Positions 59,774 through 64,000 of a DNA stretch of 64,000 nucleotides are shown piece after piece. The stretch comes from a virus (taxonomy: Duplodnaviria; Caudoviricetes). The stretch's first letter is position 1; the number at the start of each line of letters is the position of its first letter. The notes below the pieces were generated by a model. It was not told the origin of the DNA. It saw only the letters and a program-made list of their open reading frames with translations, and did no database searches. A program made the position numbers and the translations under genes. The DNA is taken from IMG/VR virus record IMGVR_UViG_2876334352_000001; one strand, 5' to 3'.

Positions 59774-61333
59774 TTAATCTCTATTCAAAACAGTAAAATC
59801 AAAATTGCCACCTACCGGCAACACCCCCTCAGCGAATCCGGGCGTTGTGTCTATTATGTTCTTCCGCTCATAGGAGTGTGACATAAGATATTTATTACTT
59901 ATATCAATGAAGTCGGTAATGAAACACACATTTGCCTTATTTTTCTTGGCTCGAAGACCACGCCCAACCCGCTGACGCATTTCGACTTCGGCCTTGCCGC
60001 CTCCAGCCAAAATGACAGCACCCACGCTCGGAACGTCTACGCCGACGTCCAGTATGGTTGAGCCGATGAGGACATCTATCTTGCCCGTGGCCAGACTGTT
60101 TAACTTAGTCTGTCTGGTAGCCTGGTTGGACTCACCATAGATGAAATCGACTTGCAGACCGCTCTCTTTCATCATCTCCATCAGGATCTGCCCATGCCGT
60201 TTCAGACGCACCAGCGTCATGCAATTCAGCCCGTGACGTTTATACATGAGAGCCTCACGTACTATTGCTTCATTGCGTGCCAAATTGTAAACGATGCCCA
60301 GCTGATAGGCTTTCTGGTACGACGTACCCATGCCGACCCGGAAGTTCAGATGTTTGGATGCAAGCTCCGACCGGATACGGACATTGTCCGGAGTGTAAGC
60401 GATTTTATGATACAGGAAGTAAGGTTTCGCAAGGATGCCTCGATCAATGAGATATTTCTCCGTGACTTTGATCTCTATTCTGCCCGCAACGGCCATCAGG
60501 CGCATGTTGGCTTCGGTCGAGTCTTTCATGAAAGGCGTGGCTGTCAGCGCAAGACGATAGTCGGCGTTTACGCAGAGGCGGGCGATATCGTAGAAGTTCG
60601 AGCCGGACGATTCATGCGCCTCTTCCAGAATGAGTAGCGAGACACTGGAAAGGAATCGTTTTACCAGCTCCCGGCGCTTGAGATGGTGGTTCTTCTTCTC
60701 AGGCGTTGCGTCCCGCGGCGGCTCTTCGAGAAAACTGGCCAGTGTCTGCACGGTTGCCACGTTGATGTGGCGCGAGACCTGAAATTCACCCGAACCGATA
60801 ACGCCCACCTTCTGACCTTTCAGCCACGGCTCTCCATTTTCAGCGCGGTAGTCGATGGATTTCTGGAAATTCTCCGCCATCTGGAACATCAGGACGGAAC
60901 GTGTGGTTAAAAACAGCGTCATCCGACCAATTCGGGCAGCTGCCTTGCACGCGACGTTGGATTTCCCGCCGCCAGTGGCAATCTGCGCAATCATCATCCC
61001 TTCGCGCACCAGCGTTTCCACTGTCTGATCCTGATATGCGTAGTCCGGGTTGTACGGAAATGGGTTAACTACCGGATTGGGTTTGCCAAGCGCCGGCACT
61101 TTATCCTTGCGTACATGCACGCATTTAATGCCCGCTTTGTTCAGGTTTGCAGCCACTGGCTTTGCGAATCCTGCTGGGAACGCATTTTTGCTCCAGTTGA
61201 ACATCGTACTGGTGCCTTTCCAGTCACCTGCCTCCACTTCGTAGCTCAACATCTCCTGAACAAGTCGTTTTACATTGTCATCAGCGCCAGAAATAAGCGC
61301 ATTGACCGCATTCGATACAATCCGAACTGTCAT
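59774..61333 (-). CDS. Superfamily 2 (DEAD/DEAH-type) helicase
   Basis: ATGGGKS, EEAH, TATP, GVDVP, QRVGRGLR. Confidence 0.92.
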   Translation of the reverse strand: MTVRIVSNAVNALISGADDNVKRLVQEMLSYEVEAGDWKGTSTMFNWSKNAFPAGFAKPVAANLNKAGIKCVHVRKDKVPALGKPNPVVNPFPYNPDYAYQDQTVETLVREGMMIAQIATGGGKSNVACKAAARIGRMTLFLTTRSVLMFQMAENFQKSIDYRAENGEPWLKGQKVGVIGSGEFQVSRHINVATVQTLASFLEEPPRDATPEKKNHHLKRRELVKRFLSSVSLLILEEAHESSGSNFYDIARLCVNADYRLALTATPFMKDSTEANMRLMAVAGRIEIKVTEKYLIDRGILAKPYFLYHKIAYTPDNVRIRSELASKHLNFRVGMGTSYQKAYQLGIVYNLARNEAIVREALMYKRHGLNCMTLVRLKRHGQILMEMMKESGLQVDFIYGESNQATRQTKLNSLATGKIDVLIGSTILDVGVDVPSVGAVILAGGGKAEVEMRQRVGRGLRAKKNKANVCFITDFIDISNKYLMSHSYERKNIIDTTPGFAEGVLPVGGNFDFTVLNRD

Positions 61334-61415
61334 AAAGCTCTTTCCTTCGTGCCTTTTGTATGTTAATTGGCTATTATAGTAAGTAATTACTTATGCAATG
61401 GATTGTATCAGAAAT

Positions 61416-62096
61416 ATGGATGTGAAAATTACCATTATGCAGGTGGAAGTCGCCAACCTGCGTCCGAATCCCTGGAATACCAACTCTGTTGGGGCGCAAA
61501 ACTTCGAAAAACTGAAAGGCTCTATCGAGAAATTGGGCTTTTTTAAGCCAATTCTCGCGCGGGAGCTGGACGGCGGCTTTTTTGAGATCCTCGGCGGCGA
61601 ACACCGCTGGCGGGCAGCGATGGAACAGGGCATTTCAACGGTTCCCGTCATCTCCGTGGGCAAAATTAACGACCTGGTGGCCAAACAGATGTCCCTCGTC
61701 GATAACGAGCGCTACGGCGAAGACGATCAGGTCGCTTTGCAGCGCTTAATCGAAGAAATCCAGTCTGAAATCGACTACCGGTTGTCCGATATCGCCCCGT
61801 ATGACGACGAAATGGCGGCAACACTCGCCAAAGCGTCCGTTATCGATCTTGAAGCGCTGGAAGCGCTCTCCCGTGGCGATGACGAGCCGGTCGATGAGGA
61901 CAAACGCGAGAAAACCGAGCGAGTCGGCGCTGAACACCAGACGATGCGCTTCAAGGTGACGTTTGATGCGTCAGATCGCGTCGCCGACACCATCAAAACC
62001 ATCATCAAAGAGCAGGGAATCAATACCGGTAACGAAATGGAGAACGCCGGGGAAGCCCTGGTGTGGCTGGTCGACTACTACAAGGAGCGTATGTAA
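61416..62096 (+). CDS. ParB/Srx-like N-terminal domain protein
   Basis: LRPNPWNTN, ILGGEHRWRAA. Confidence 0.85.
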   Translation: MDVKITIMQVEVANLRPNPWNTNSVGAQNFEKLKGSIEKLGFFKPILARELDGGFFEILGGEHRWRAAMEQGISTVPVISVGKINDLVAKQMSLVDNERYGEDDQVALQRLIEEIQSEIDYRLSDIAPYDDEMAATLAKASVIDLEALEALSRGDDEPVDEDKREKTERVGAEHQTMRFKVTFDASDRVADTIKTIIKEQGINTGNEMENAGEALVWLVDYYKERM

Positions 62097-62764
62097 TGAC
62101 CAAAAACTTTGAAATCGTCTATCGAAACCCGGCAGAACTCATCCCGTATGAGATGAACGCCAAAAAACATGACGAACAGCAGATCCGCGATCTGGCGGCC
62201 GCCATCAAAAAGCGCGGTTTTGACCAGCCGATCACGGTCGACAAGCACGACGTCATCATTACTGGCCACGGTCGTCGCGAGGCGGCACTTCTGGCTGGTC
62301 TGGAGCGTGTGCCGGTCATCGTTCGCGACGATCTGAGCGAAGAAGAAGTGAAGGCGAAGCGTCTGGAAGACAACCGCCTGGCCAGTATTGACTACGACGC
62401 CATCAAATTGCAGCAGGAACTGGAATCCCTGGTGCTGGGCGACGTCGAGGTCTTCGGTTTTGAAGAGCGCGAGCTGAACGTGCTTGTCGGCAGCATGACC
62501 GAAGAGATGGAAACCGGCTCTCTGGTGCTCAATCTGGGCGAAGAGACGGAACGCCAGAAAGAAGAGCACACCGAGATCAGTCGCGAAGTGGCCGCTGAAG
62601 AAGTCCGCGTCATCGACGTATTGGGCTTTAAAACGCTCCCTGCTGGCTCTGCCATTGTGGTTGGGGATTTGCTTGCCCACATGGAAGAAATCACGGGAGA
62701 GAGCGGGGTAGACGCTTTCGTGGCGTATGCGGAGAAAGTTTCTTCTGGGGAGCTGGCTGCATGA
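62096..62764 (+). CDS. Second ParB-like protein
   Basis: LIPYEMNAKKH, GFDQPI, GHGRREAA, EDNRL. Confidence 0.88.
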   Translation: MTKNFEIVYRNPAELIPYEMNAKKHDEQQIRDLAAAIKKRGFDQPITVDKHDVIITGHGRREAALLAGLERVPVIVRDDLSEEEVKAKRLEDNRLASIDYDAIKLQQELESLVLGDVEVFGFEERELNVLVGSMTEEMETGSLVLNLGEETERQKEEHTEISREVAAEEVRVIDVLGFKTLPAGSAIVVGDLLAHMEEITGESGVDAFVAYAEKVSSGELAA

Positions 62765-63399
62765 GCAAATACACCATCAACGTATCGTTTCAGACCCGCG
62801 TGAACAAAACCACGCGCACGCTGGAGATTGCCGAATCGTTCGGTCTTGGCCTGGACGAAAAAGAGTGGACGCTTTACGACAATCTGGAGCTGGAAGTGAA
62901 GCAGGGCGATGTGGTGTACATCACCGGCCAATCCGGTTCCGGTAAATCCGTTGTGCTGCGCGAGCTGCAACGCCAGATGAAGGATGAAGGGCTTTCTGTA
63001 GCCTCCATCGATGACTTTACCTTCGACAATGAGGTTAACGTCATTGACCAGCTGGGCAAAACCACCAGCGAAGCGCTGGGGCTGCTGTCTATGGCGGGAT
63101 TGAATGACGCCTATCTCTTTGTGCGTAAGCCATCCGAGATGTCTGACGGTCAGAAATACCGTCTCAAGATCGCCAAGCTGATCGAGTCAGGCGCCAAAGT
63201 CTGGGCAGCCGACGAATTTGGCGCTGTTCTCGACCGCGTAACCGCCCAGGTTGTGGCGTCGAACCTCCAGCGTGCCGCCCGAAAGGTTGGCGCGACGGTA
63301 ATGGTGGCGACGACCCACGAAGACCTGAAGAACGCGCTGCGCCCGGATATGCAGATCACCAAGCACTACAAAGAACGCGTGAAGGTGGAATATGCCTGA
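62761..63399 (+). CDS. Stand-alone ABC ATPase (COG2401-like N-terminal part)
   Basis: GQSGSGKS, MSDGQKYR, DEFGAVLD, TTH. Confidence 0.88.
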   Translation: MSKYTINVSFQTRVNKTTRTLEIAESFGLGLDEKEWTLYDNLELEVKQGDVVYITGQSGSGKSVVLRELQRQMKDEGLSVASIDDFTFDNEVNVIDQLGKTTSEALGLLSMAGLNDAYLFVRKPSEMSDGQKYRLKIAKLIESGAKVWAADEFGAVLDRVTAQVVASNLQRAARKVGATVMVATTHEDLKNALRPDMQITKHYKERVKVEYA

Positions 63400-63646
63400 T
63401 TTGAAGATCGTAGAGCTGAAGCCATCGAAAGAGGCTGACAACAACAACGTTGAAGTCATCCGCCTGCTGGAAGAAGCACTCCAGTACGCCAGAGAAGGCA
63501 AAAGCCAGAGCCTGGCACTGCTGATGATCAACAACGACGGCAGTGTGCTGGATTGCTGGCATAACGGTGGGCGTCCATACGTCATGGTTGGGGCGATGGA
63601 ATCGCTTCGCCTGGACTTCATCAATGCCAATATCGAGCGTAGGTGA
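63392..63646 (+). CDS. Hypothetical protein
   Basis: Overlaps the ATPase stop; in the operon. Confidence 0.65.
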   Translation: MPDLKIVELKPSKEADNNNVEVIRLLEEALQYAREGKSQSLALLMINNDGSVLDCWHNGGRPYVMVGAMESLRLDFINANIERR

Positions 63647-63651
63647 TCGAC

Positions 63652-64000
63652 ATGACAGGCATCATCATCAAACGCTACCGCCCGGAAGAGTTCCCGCGTC
63701 ATCTGGACTTTCTGGAGCGTATGACCGTAACCAAAGGCACGGTTGAAGACTGGCACGCGCTGAAGTCGCTGCACTACAAGACGGATGGTAAGCCGTTCGC
63801 GCCAACGTATTACCGCTGCGAACTGGACGACCGGCTGGTGGGCGTCGTGGTTATGGCTTACCCGAAACTGCTGCTGGCGCCTCGCCATCGCATGTTTCCT
63901 AAGCTGAAGCCAACCACCAATACCACCGTGGCCAACCAGTATTGGGGCCGGTACGTGAACAACAACTTTGCGGTGATCAGCCGTTCCGTTGTTGACACTC
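63652..64000 (+). CDS. GNAT/Mom-like acetyltransferase, partial (runs off the window)
   Basis: Manual translation MTGIIIKRY..LKSLHYK..LVGVVVMAYP..ISRSVVDT; AGGTGA SD. Confidence 0.65.
   Translation, partial: MTGIIIKRYRPEEFPRHLDFLERMTVTKGTVEDWHALKSLHYKTDGKPFAPTYYRCELDDRLVGVVVMAYPKLLLAPRHRMFPKLKPTTNTTVANQYWGRYVNNNFAVISRSVVDT

Overview
The window has two nested mobile layers. (1) Bases 1-32793 are most of a transposable BcepMu/SalMu-type prophage: Mu-like head, transposition and regulation genes, a P2-like contractile tail, and an early operon that points towards the end. Its right end (..TCA at about 32793) interrupts a backbone gene; the left end lies outside the window. (2) Bases 32794-64000 are a backbone whose gene content (RNase HI, phage Dam, TerB-like, SF2 helicase, tandem ParB-like, ABC ATPase plus acetyltransferase) fits an SSU5/pHCM2-type phage-plasmid. 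This is recognition from memory, not a database search. The backbone carries an IS1-bounded composite element (33669-36743, 8-bp target duplication AGTTCACG) with an AT-rich phosphoethanolamine transferase gene and stacked Tn3-MITE, IS5 and IS26 scars. It also carries a defence island (type IC R-M plus a DUF262/HNH GmrSD-like nuclease). The most notable unexplained signals are: a ~450-nt densely base-paired, G-tract-containing region with its own promoter directly upstream of RNase H; a Mom-like DNA-modification module; a second small-terminase-like gene at the prophage end; a tandem Hfq/Sm-like protein; and three families of repeated regulatory motifs. All family calls come from motif recognition by eye.
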